Below are positions 48,563 to 59,056 of a DNA stretch of 64,000 bases, in pieces (position 1 is the first letter of the stretch; every line of letters starts with the position of its first letter). The notes beneath the pieces were generated by a model that searched no databases, was not told the origin of the DNA, and saw nothing but the letters and a program-made list of their open reading frames with translations. The stretch is taken from NCBI GenBank assembly GCA_964035575.1, contig OZ037840.1, forward strand, positions 868,001 to 932,000, written 5' to 3'. This stretch comes from Rhynchopus sp. YZ270_cl-10. Taxonomy: Eukaryota. A program made the translations under genes and the position numbers.

Positions 48563-50139
48563 TAGGGGCCGCAGTCCCCTAAGGAAATTATGTAACAATA
48601 ATTATTTCGTCATTTTTTGGGCATCTAGTGGGCACCTCAGGGTGTGTCTGACACCCAAAATAGGTTTCCGGGGCAGTGTGACCCAGAATTTCATGGTTTG
48701 GCACCTCAGAAAGTGAAAAAAGTGTGAAAAAATAGGATTTTCAGCCCTTTTGGCCATTTGGGGCAAAATGGCCAATTTTGGCACATTTTTTGCTTTGTGG
48801 GGGTATTTGGGGCTATTTCACCCCCAAAACCACTCAGAACATGTTCTAGGCACCTATTTTCAACCACAATTACCCATACAGGGGGGTATTCCGCTCAAGA
48901 AATGGTTTTGTTGGGGTTATTTTCAGCAAATTTTCACTAAGTTTCACTAAGTTTTGCTAAGTTTCACTAAGTTTTACTAAGTTTCACTAAGTTTTGGTCA
49001 AAAAAAATGCAAAAAAAATGCAAAAAACACGAAAAATTGCACAAAAAATGGGAGGAACCGAACAAATATGTATGGTATGGCAAAAATGTGTCCTTTTTTT
49101 TGGGTGACTGATTACCAGAAACACAAAAAAAATGGAAAATAAAGCACAAATCGGCCATTTGGGCCATTTTGGGACAAATGACCATTTTTGACCAAATTTT
49201 CAAAAAAATTGTAAAATTTCGACATCATGACAGCTGCTTGGGCACAAAACTACCCCAGGGATGTCCCGTGAGTCTATTCCGACCTGTTTTGGACACTTTA
49301 GGTACTTTTTTTGGCCGCTTTTTGGTGTTTTGAGGTCAAAATGACCCCCTGTCTACCCCCTGTCCAGGGGTCATATTCGACTCAATATTTCAAACCAAGA
49401 TCGGTTCGAGGGGCCCAAAAGGGTGCAGCTCGTCGAAATCAGGCCCACAGGACCCCTAGGAGTACGATTTCCACAGGAGAGTGACCCCAAGAGGCCTCTG
49501 GCGGCCCTAATTTGGCATTTTTTTAGCCCAAAACCGCCCCTACCCCCCTCTCTGGGGGGGAGGGCAATTTCTCACTCATTTTCCCCATTTCTAGTGCTTC
49601 TGAGTCCTCCAAAGGGTAAAAAAACGGTTCCGTTGGGTCCGCAGACCATTTTTTGGGGGGGTACATACCAAAATTTGCACCATACCCTACTTTATGTGAT
49701 GGCCAGGGGAAAAATCCTGGCCTTGGACAGGGGGTAGACAGGGGGTGGACAGGGGGGTCATTTTGACCAAATTTTGGCCAAATTCACCAAAGAAAAGGCG
49801 TAAAAATGTGAAAAACAGGCGAGAATGGACTCCAAGCACGTTTTTGGGGCAAAATAGGTCTCAAATGACTCTCTGAAACATCGAATTTGGTGTTTTTTTT
49901 ATGTTTTTTCATGAAAAATCGGGGTTTTGGCCAAAATGGCCAAAACCCCCAAAAAGCCAGTTTTTTGCTATTTTTTCCCATTTTTTCACATTCTAGAGTC
50001 GAATTTTCGCCCAATTTTGCCTCACAGGGTGTTTCTGACCTATTCTGGGGTGGTTCTCTGCAGGTTGTGGCCACTATACGCCAAAAAGTGGCAAAATGAA
50101 TTATTGTTACATAATTTCCTTAGGGGACTGCGGCCCCTA
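48563..50139. mobile_element. TIR element C (TAGGGGCCGCAGTCCCCTAAGGAAATTATGTAACAATAATT ends) in a G-run
   Basis: Perfect ~41-bp TIR; internal IR pair 49334/49768 and TTCACTAAGT tandem repeats. Confidence 0.85.
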
Positions 50140-50785
50140 GGCATAGTGTGCAGACGAACATTTTTGGTTCGTCGACGAACAAAATGTTCGTCGGTTTTGT
50201 TCGTCGATGTTCGTCGACGAACATCGACGAACATCGACGAACAGGTCCCTGCCACAAGGGCAACCCACGACGAACAACGACGAACATCGACGAACAACGA
50301 CGAACATCGACGAACAATTTTTTTTTTCCCCCCCACGACGAACATCGACGAACATTTTGTTCGTCTGCACACACGGTGCGGTAGTCAGCAAAATGACAAC
50401 CTAAATGACAACCTCAATGACATGTCATAATTATGACAACCCTATAGGTTGTCAGTGACAACCTAGGGGTTGTCAAATGACAACCTGAGGTTGTCAAATG
50501 ACAACCTATAGGTTGTCATTTGACAACCTTATGCATGTGAAATGCCTTGCAACAGCCATTTTTATTGGAAATGTGGGAGGTTGGGGGGTTGGGAGGTTGG
50601 TGGTTACCTGTTTGATTGTTGATTGTTGAATGTCCATGCACTGTAAAAATTTATTTAAAAAAAAAGGAGGAGATGGGGGGGTGATTTCTGTTTTTGTTGA
50701 TTTCATGATGATTTGGGTCCCTCACCCCCTTTGTAAAAATCCCGCCCATACACATATGCAGGGGTCAAGTGACTGACGTGCCTGA

Positions 50786-51718
50786 CTAGTGCCATTGAAC
50801 ACTCTCTTCGGAGTCCTCCTTGTTTGCCTCTGTGTCACTGGCCTCAGCAAGAGTCTCCTCAGGATCCTCAGGAGCCTCCTCAGGAACTTCGTCCTCCCCA
50901 AACACGGACATCCATGATGCCCCGTCCATTTTCACAGAGAGTGCGTTGGGGGCCCCCACGGGTATGTCCACACGAGTAATTCCCACCTGCACCATCACGG
51001 AAGTCTCCCTCGTCGAATCAAGGGACAGAGTGCTGGGGACATCATACGTACCGTCGACCACCCCGATGCTGGCCCCGATGGCAAGGCGCTCCCGCTTCAA
51101 CGCAAAGCTCAGCTTGTGACCCTGCAGCGTCGGGTCGGTGCAAAACACGGTGCAACCGTTTTCAATAAAAATTCGGTGCACTTTTCCACCCGGTGTCATC
51201 TTTTCCCCCATCACCGTGATGATAGGCCATACGGAAGCGCGGGGGCCTCTTTTGATGACCCCCTTGGCCGCCGCTGTCCCTGTTCCCTCGTTGACAATGG
51301 ACGTGTACAAGCACGCCATGTCCATGTCCCCCAGCGACGCCCCTTCCCGAACTACAAGCGCCAGACGCTTGTACGCCTCCGTCTTCTTTGCGGCGTCCGA
51401 TATCCCAGGCAACTTCCGCAGCACGAGTCCGCCAAACACAGTCTCCTTCACTGCCCCTCCGTTCCCTGAGATGCGGAGGCTGTACACACCTTTGGCAGCA
51501 TCAGCCTCTGCCCTGTTCTTCGCCTGTGTGATGGTGAATTTTTTGCCAAGTTCAGCTGCCACTGAGCCATCATTGGACTTGAAGTCCACCTTGAAACATT
51601 TCGAAATCAAGGCCCTCAGTGCAGGGTGACTTAAGGGGGTTGCACCGGCGGGGTTCTTCGCTTTGTACACATAAACAGTACAAAAGTCGTTTGCAATCGT
51701 CGTCTGCTTGCTTGTCAT
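50786..51718 (-). CDS. Transposon B ORF2, unknown function, ~310 aa, acidic C-terminal tail
   Basis: Open from MTSKQTT; ends EDEVPEEAPEDPEETLAEASDTEANKEDSEESVQWH*; its 3' end lies inside the TIR. Confidence 0.75.
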   Translation of the reverse strand: MTSKQTTIANDFCTVYVYKAKNPAGATPLSHPALRALISKCFKVDFKSNDGSVAAELGKKFTITQAKNRAEADAAKGVYSLRISGNGGAVKETVFGGLVLRKLPGISDAAKKTEAYKRLALVVREGASLGDMDMACLYTSIVNEGTGTAAAKGVIKRGPRASVWPIITVMGEKMTPGGKVHRIFIENGCTVFCTDPTLQGHKLSFALKRERLAIGASIGVVDGTYDVPSTLSLDSTRETSVMVQVGITRVDIPVGAPNALSVKMDGASWMSVFGEDEVPEEAPEDPEETLAEASDTEANKEDSEESVQWH

Positions 51719-51950
51719 GATATGATGTGGTGTGGTTTTTGGATCCTGGAAAGAGGGTGCGACTAATGGGATTGCGATGGAACAAAAACGAGTGCTATGG
51801 GGGGGGGGGGGGGGAGGGGGATTCATTCCTTTGTATAGATTCGCGGTAAACAAACAAACAAACAAACAAACAAATAGTGGAGCACATTCTAGAGTGGCAA
51901 CACTGAACAAACAAAAAATACAACAACAACAACAAAATGTAAACAGGCTA

Positions 51951-53807
51951 CTACTCTCCGTGCATGTTGTACATATGATTTTCTACGGCTCTCGGTGAGG
52001 AAAACACGTCCATACAAATGGGACAATGTTTCTTGGAAATATCCTCTGAGTGATTACACAAAAGATGCTGGCTAAAACCTCGCTTGGAAACATTGCGTTC
52101 GCATATGGGGCATTCCTGCCTGCATGCACAAGTAATTGAAGGGCGGTGATTTGCGTCGTAGTGACAATAGAGCTTGTGCGCGGTATTGAAATTTGTTTGT
52201 GTTCCAAGTCTGGTACAGATGGTGCATATATAGCCTTCGCCCGCATCCTCTGATTCTGATTCTGGTTCTGGTTCTGATTTGCTTTCCACAACAGGGGGTA
52301 CCCTCCATGATGGCTCCTTACACACGCAAATCTTCTTCACCCTACCCTCATCATCAGGGTTGGACAAGAATTTTTGCCCCCACCCTGTTCGGCGTTTTAT
52401 GTGTTTTCCCAGTCCAGCACGTTGCAGTCGCTGCACCAAGTTAGTGCACGCGGTTTTCCAAGTCTCATCTACTACTGTTATGCATTTGCACAGCCACAAC
52501 GTATCAAACTCCCAAAGTGCGGGAAGCGCGTCCGTTAGGGGGCCCAGTGGTGACATCGGCACTCCATGTTTAGTTTCAATTTCGAATGCCAAGAAATCGC
52601 GTTCCATTGTATTTGGGGAGGTGCATGCCGTCCAACGCTTCCTCTCCCCATTGGCATGCTCGAACAGTTCGTCCGACACGGTCACTCTGTGTGCGTCTTC
52701 TTCATCGAACCAATGTTCGACTGAGTGCATGTACGTGCTTTTCGTAACCCCTGGATTCGCCCATTCAAGCAAATACACGGTAAGGTGGTAACACAGTAAT
52801 GCGAACAAGTAATCTTTTGCGTATGGCCTCGACTCGTTCGGGTTTGGGTTTGGTGTGTGGAAGAACCTCACTGGTATGTCACTATACCGAAAGTAGTAAA
52901 GGCCCTGCATGGCCTGGCACAATATTAGTTTGCTCCCCTCATTTTCCTGAATGAGGCTGCGTAGGATAGTTCGTGACTGCGTGCCTGTCATATTGCCGTC
53001 CTGCTTACCAAGGATCTTTGTTTCTACGTCGCGGGCACCCGGTATGGTTTTAATGAGCAAACGCATCACCCCCTTGGTATCATGCAGCATCGGAGTTAGC
53101 GTGTAACAAGGTTGCTCGAATCGCCCGGCAATGCTGCACTCGAATCCACAGGCGTCCATTTCTTGAAGGCTCAAGCGGGTGCAGTTGTGCAGGGCAGACA
53201 ATCTGTCGTCCAGGTCGGTCGCACAGAACGCACTTCTATGTCCCCCGGGGCCGACACCTTTGAAGAGACTTGCCAACTCGGCATGATCTCCCCCGATTTT
53301 GTAGTACAGGAGGGAAAATTCGAAGCCTCCCTTCCTGAGGATGCGCTCTTGAACGTTTGAGAGCTGTGGCAGAAAGGTAAAAACCCACCAGTCGTGGAAG
53401 GTGGATTTTTTTTTGTCAGCGACCGTCAAAAAGTTTGTCGCTTCAAGCCCGTTCGTCGCAGCAACTGCAAGCCTCTTCCGTGCAAGTTGGGACCTGAAGG
53501 CACTGTACGGTGAATACCCATCCCACGTGATGATAATGGTCGGGAAGTCACCGCCCAGTCGCAGGGGGAAATACTTCAGAAGCAAAGAGAGCGATTTCTG
53601 CACATCACCTACCTGAGCCTCTGCCTTATCCTTAAACGGCTTCTCCCGCTGCTGCAACGTCTTGTACGCTAGGCCCATTGACGCCCCGGTCTCAGCTTTC
53701 ACCAATTTTCCGATCTCTTCGCAGTCACGCATCGACAGTCCTAGCTGGACTCTGTTGCGACCTATGATGTTCCCCACCACCCGCACTGTTTCATGATCAA
53801 TTCCCAT
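51951..53807 (-). CDS. RAG1-core/Transib-like DDE transposase with three C-terminal C2H2-type zinc fingers
   Basis: ITWD96G, GGD174, PMLHD, NMTGTQSR, TYMHSVEH and SDELFE383HAN occur in RAG1/Transib motif order; C-terminal CTIC..HYDANH, CPIC..HLLCNH, CPIC..HMYNMH. Confidence 0.8.
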   Translation of the reverse strand: MGIDHETVRVVGNIIGRNRVQLGLSMRDCEEIGKLVKAETGASMGLAYKTLQQREKPFKDKAEAQVGDVQKSLSLLLKYFPLRLGGDFPTIIITWDGYSPYSAFRSQLARKRLAVAATNGLEATNFLTVADKKKSTFHDWWVFTFLPQLSNVQERILRKGGFEFSLLYYKIGGDHAELASLFKGVGPGGHRSAFCATDLDDRLSALHNCTRLSLQEMDACGFECSIAGRFEQPCYTLTPMLHDTKGVMRLLIKTIPGARDVETKILGKQDGNMTGTQSRTILRSLIQENEGSKLILCQAMQGLYYFRYSDIPVRFFHTPNPNPNESRPYAKDYLFALLCYHLTVYLLEWANPGVTKSTYMHSVEHWFDEEDAHRVTVSDELFEHANGERKRWTACTSPNTMERDFLAFEIETKHGVPMSPLGPLTDALPALWEFDTLWLCKCITVVDETWKTACTNLVQRLQRAGLGKHIKRRTGWGQKFLSNPDDEGRVKKICVCKEPSWRVPPVVESKSEPEPESESEDAGEGYICTICTRLGTQTNFNTAHKLYCHYDANHRPSITCACRQECPICERNVSKRGFSQHLLCNHSEDISKKHCPICMDVFSSPRAVENHMYNMHGE

Positions 53808-55142
53808 TATTTTTTTTTTTTTTTTGTCCTGTCATGGATGTCCGTGTTTGGGGAGGATGAAGTTCCTGAGGAGGCTCTTGCTGAGGCCAGTGACACAGAG
53901 GCAACCAAAGAGGACTCCGAAGAGAGTGTTCAATGGCACTAGTCAGACACGTCAGTCACTTGACTCCTGCATATGTGTATGGGCGGGATTTTTACAAAGG
54001 GGGTGAGGGACCCAAATCATCATGAAATCAACAAAAACAGAAATCACCCCCCCATCTCCTCCTTTTTTTTTAAATAAATTTTTACAGTGCAGAGACAGCA
54101 AACAACAATCAACAATCAAACAGGTAACCACCAACCTCCCAACCCCCCAACCTCCCACATTTCCAATAAAAATGGCTGTTGCAAGGCATTTCACATGCAT
54201 AAGGTTGTCAAATGACAACCTATAGGTTGTCATTTGACAACCTCAGGTTGTCATTTGACAACCCCTAGGTTGTCACTGACAACCTAGGGGTTGTCTCGCA
54301 CCGAGGGTTGTCCTTTGACATGTCCTTGAGGTTGTCATTTTGATGACTACCGCACCGTGCACTATGCCTAGGGGGGGGGGGGTATCCGTGCCTTGTCAAA
54401 AAAAACGAGGAGTGCGACGATTTTTTTTTGCCCAAAGGTGCACTATGCACCTGGGTGGGGTGGGAATGGGGATAAAAATTCTACCCCAACAGAACTGTTC
54501 TGGGCCGGAACAAAACTGGGACACCCCCAAAAACCCCAAATGTTCCAGTTTTGTTCCGGTCCAGTATACTTCTGTCTCAGAATAGTTACAGCCCAGAATA
54601 AATATTTTTACGGTATACGAGAATCGTCATATAAAAATAAAACACTGTTTTTAGATACGCTTTGCCGAATTGTCTCCCCAGGCTCATTCACTCAGGGACA
54701 CTAATTCGAGCGATCAACGAAAAAAAAAACATGTCAAGAGATATACTCGCAACTTTTTTCTTCACCACCGCTTCACAACTTTTGTAAAAAAAAGTACGCA
54801 AAACCACCGACGAAGGAATATTTTTGTTATTCTACATGCTTTTGAAGGCGTTGCTGTCCTGTGTATGTATGTGAAGTTCGTGCACTGCCTATATTTTTTT
54901 TTTCTAAGGTGACTAAGCACGGGAGGCTTAGGGTCATCTTATAAACTTTTTTTTTCTTTTTTGGCACTGTGCGACACCCTCCCTAAGGCCCCCGCCCCAG
55001 ATCACCCCTCTCCCTCCCCAGGAGTCCCCCCCCATTCCTTTCTTCTGCATGGTAAAAAGGGACAGCTCTCTTTTCTTGCACCTACTACAACGGAGACAAC
55101 ACAGCAACGGGATTTCCAGGGAAGCCTTTTTTTTTTATTATT

Positions 55143-55294
55143 TTTGTCTCATGAAATGAAGGAGGAAATAGAAACAAAGCACTTTGAACACACTTTTGCG
55201 GTTCTGGGGGGACGAATCGCGCTGCAGAGCCACCTCCTCACCCAAACAGGTCGAGGTGCGTGCGTTTCACCACAACCTGTCTCCCATGGGTTTT
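55143..55294 (+). repeat. Dispersed repeat similar to ~31833-31980
   Basis: Shared GAAGGAGGAAATAGA...TTTGAACACAC...GCGTTTCACCACAACCT...CCCATGGGTTTT. Confidence 0.75.
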
Positions 55295-57030
55295 ATCGTT
55301 GTGATGAGTGTTAAGTTTTTATTTTATTTTTGCGCCTTTTTAAAATTTAATAAATATGGTGCCTAGGTGAGGTTTTCGTGTGTAAATTGTTTGCAGTATG
55401 CCATGTGAGTGGACTGTTGAGGCCATAGTATATACGATGATGGGAATGCCAAAAAATATTATTTTTTTTTTGGGTCTGCAGGGTTTCCGCCAGGATTTGG
55501 GGTTTCAGGAATTGGGGGGGACCATCAAAAAGACCCCCCAAAAAATTTTTTTCTCCCCGCAAAAGCGGTCGTCGCGCGCTTCGCGCGCGCCTCCCTGCAG
55601 GCCACAGAGTGGGGAGGCGAAGGGTGCACCAGGTTTGATAGCAGCCATGTCAAGCTTCACAGCTGTGTTGTCTGGTAGAGGTGGTTCGTTTGGAGGTCGG
55701 GGGTGGAAGTTAACAAGGTAAGGGGTCTTGTGAGAGTGGGGGGTGATGGTGTTTGCTTTTTCTATTGTATGGTGCTACAGTCATTACAGTGCTGCAGTGG
55801 GAACAGGTAATAACTACCCGTCGCTTGCACCGAAGCCTCCTTAGAAAAAGGGGCAATGCATGGAAGTATCGATGGAAGTATATCAATATCACATAGCTAG
55901 CAACACAGCGCCGCAGGCGCACGGTACGCTACCTTTACCCTTTTTAAAAAAGATTGCACCACCCCCTTTTTCTTCCACTTCTTCTGGCACAGCGAGCCAA
56001 ATGCTCTGCACGGTGGGGTCGCATGACCACGGGGGGTCATCTACAATCTCCAAAAGCCCATTTTTCTTGGGGGGGACCATGGTCCCCCCCAAACCCCTGT
56101 AAAAATCCGGATTTTTCTGGGAAAAATATTGGGGGGGTCCATGGTCCCCCCCGGTCCCCCTTGGCGGAAACCCTGGTCTGATTCCTAAATATTTTGTGTA
56201 CGAAGAAGGCCCAGATTTTGCCAAACAAATTGGTGTTACACATTCACGTCCGTTGCTTCGTTGTGATGGGTAAATGTACGAAGGTGTTTCTGTTTCAGCT
56301 CTTCTTTTCTTTTTTTTTCTTTTTTTATTGAGAAAAATATTTCGCGCAACAAGCAAGATTACGCGTTTTTTTCGGATGTATATATGCGCGGTGTGCCCTC
56401 TGCGGGCCTCGTGGCATTATACCACAAGGTTTTATTTGCAAAAATAAAAAAAACCCTTCTCCGAAACAAAACGTAGTAAAAAGCGTTTTTTTTTAATATT
56501 GTGGCGAACCGTTTTCTTCCTTTTTATTGCCTCTCCCGTTCTCCCCTTCAAACCCCCCCTTCACAAACCCCTCAAAATACAAAAAAAAAAAAATGTATTT
56601 TGAGTACCTTATTATGTATTCATCCTCCCCTCCCCGGCTGTCTTAATGACCCTTGGTCATGGCTGCAAAAAGAAACAAAACAACAACAAAAAAAGCAAAA
56701 TAAAGCAAAAAGCAAAAAACAAAAAACTTTCAAAAAACCCCTCCCTCCCCCCATTTTTTTTTTTTGCATTTTGGATTTTTCAGGCTTTTTTTTTTTGGTG
56801 CATATTTCCCTTTGTGGGGATTTGTACGGTTTCCTACAGTATCAAAGACAGGTACGATATGCCATGTGAAGTGCTCTCTGGGGGTGACAACCCGCGGAGT
56901 ATCAGTTGCCGTTGCCGTCCACCGGTGTACGGTGAAACGTTTTAGGTTATGCACTTCAACTTTCTCTTTCTAACAGGACCAAAAAAATATTTTTTTTGAA
57001 AACTTGGAAAAAAAAATCACGTGTCGCAAC

Positions 57031-59056
57031 CAGGGTAGATCCTTAGCGAAAGTGAAAATAAGGATTCGAGATTTTTTATTTTTTTTTCCTTTTTTTTTTT
57101 CCTTTTTTCTCTGGCCCATTTTTTTGGTTACCTACTAATTTCCAGCCACAGAGTGGCACCACCACGGTCCGCAATCGATCCGGAAAGTCAAAATAAGGGA
57201 GAAACCAAAAGGAAAAAAAAATAAAAGTTCGCTACCGTTTTTTTGGATGGCCTTCGGCCCGCCAATACCCCTTTAATATTTGTCTTCACTTCATAAGACA
57301 AGGATCAATGAGTGTCACCTTGCATAAGACAATTTTGAAGCATAACCTTGAAGAACACAATTACTATGTCCGCAAACCCGCAAAGCAGACCATTGTAAAA
57401 GGGGTGGTGCTGAGGGTGGAGGTTTCGAAGAAATGCGGGTGTGTTAAAGGTCGGGTAGGGTATGGGTCACCTGTACGGAGTATGAGATCCAGTAATAAAG
57501 ACTTCAACCGGACCAAGGCAGAAACACAACACTGTTCGGCCAAAATCCAAAAACCCATAGGGCCCCAGTATTGTTGTCGAAAATCCCCACTTAATTTTTG
57601 GTGGGATTTTGAACTTTGCCCAAAAACTGCGGAAAAAAAATTTCCGCTCGCTGCGCTCGCGGAGGTTTATTTAATGCGGTCTCGCCCACCCAAACTGCCG
57701 GTGCATCAGCACTACCTATTTAATTTTGAAAATTTTCTTGCTAATGCCGGGTACTACCACTTTTTTCAGAATGTTTCTAGAAAGTATTACCCTTGTCAGA
57801 GGGCGCAGTGTCCGACAAGGGTCACTGCCAGAATGTGATTTAATTGGTCAAACGCCGAAGGAAAAGGAAACATGCGAAAGAAAAAAAGTAGCGTACCGTG
57901 CCTGCGGCGCAAGCTTGCAACCCACCCTTCCCATGACTAGTTTGGCAGTAAAAATGTGCTATTTTGAGCGCAATTTTTAGAAATGTTGCGTACCGTGGCT
58001 TCGCCATGGGTGCCACGACCGCCGTTTCTTTTTGTAAATATACTGAGGTCACTGTGTGTGCCTGGTGCAAATATCAATGCAGTGCCGAACTCCGCAGTAG
58101 AATAACCGAGGAATTCTCACATGCCGCCGGAGGCCCTAACGAGCTGGGTTGGGCTCGACCGAGTTTCAGCGAAAACCCCCAAAACCTATATTATCCCCTG
58201 GGGTTTAGTTCTACGACAGCTGAGATGTGTAAAAAAGCACCACTATTCTGCCTCAGTACAGTACCAACCTGCTTGTTGGTTTTTTTTTAGATCGTCACTC
58301 AATTTTCCCGCTCGCTGCGCTCGCGGACAGGGATTACGCTCCACGTGTGGAACGTATGGAAATCCATACGTGAATTGTTTTTGAAAAGGTAGAATCCATA
58401 CGTGTCCATACGTAGGTAATTTGGGTTTTGGATTGGGGCTGGGGTGGGGTAGGTGAGGGGTGGGGCTCCGCCCCCACCTCTCACCTACCCCCTACAGAAT
58501 TCTATTTGTAGGAGACAATTTTCTTCTATTTTACCGGAAAAGGAAGATGCAGCATGGCGAAAGAAAAAAAGTAGCGTACCGTGCGCCTGCGGCGCTAGAT
58601 TGCAATACACCCTTCCCATGACATAATAGGCAATTTTAAACGCAATTTTTTAGAAATGTTGCGTACCGTGGCTTCGCCAGAAACTTTCGTTTTAGCAAAA
58701 TATGGAAGTAAAATTTACGGAACTAGACCATAGTTACCAACGAAAGTGCCATTTTATGTCAAGATTTTAAAGAAATGTTGCGTACCGTGGCTTCGCCAGG
58801 AACATTTGGGGGCCATGACTGATGATTTCTCCAGTTCTTCGAACTTTCACAGCCGTCATCGTGGGGGGTTGATGGTTTTTTTCCGCTCGCTTCGCTCGCG
58901 GACAAACCATCAACCCCCCACGATTTCCCAAAAACCTGAAAGTTAGCGTCAGGCCTGCGCCGAAAAATTTCAAAAACGGGAGAGAAAAAAAAAGGAAAAA
59001 AACGAAAATAAATCTGGGATTTTTAGCGTTTTTAGCGAAAATAAGGATCTACCCTG
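57031..59056. mobile_element. Non-autonomous hAT-type element (2.03 kb)
   Basis: CAGGGTAGATCCTTA...TAAGGATCTACCCTG with exact 8-bp TSD GTCGCAAC. Confidence 0.9.

Larger units (their letters stand above)
50372..54359 (-). mobile_element. Putative autonomous RAG1/Transib-like DNA transposon B with two ORFs
   Basis: CACGGTGCGGTAGTCA ends; TIRs ~50372-50917 and ~53832-54359; TGACAACC subterminal repeats; 2-bp TSD CA. Confidence 0.88.
50140..54368. mobile_element. MITE A (~240 bp, GGCATAGTGTGCAGACGAACA TIR, CGACGAACA repeats) whose right TIR is split by element B
   Basis: Removing 50372-54359 and one CA restores the perfect right TIR TGTTCGTCTGCACACTATGCC. Confidence 0.85.
48448..54613. mobile_element. 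Tc1/pogo-type MITE G hosting nested elements C, A and B
   Basis: TA|CCGTAAAAATATTTATTCTGGGC...GCCCAGAATAAATATTTTTACGG|TA. Confidence 0.85.

Noticed and set aside
50372..50420. Full 12/23 RSS (heptamer-spacer-nonamer)
   Set aside because: Both ends are symmetric; only a CAAAA tract follows the heptamer, with no ACAAAAACC at 12 or 23 bp
50786..51718. Calling ORF2 a RAG2 homologue
   Set aside because: No visible kelch repeats or PHD finger, and orientation is tandem rather than convergent; only the acidic tail is reminiscent
57308..57838. 176-aa ORF inside the hAT-type element
   Set aside because: No transposase or other motif; composition is not coding-like
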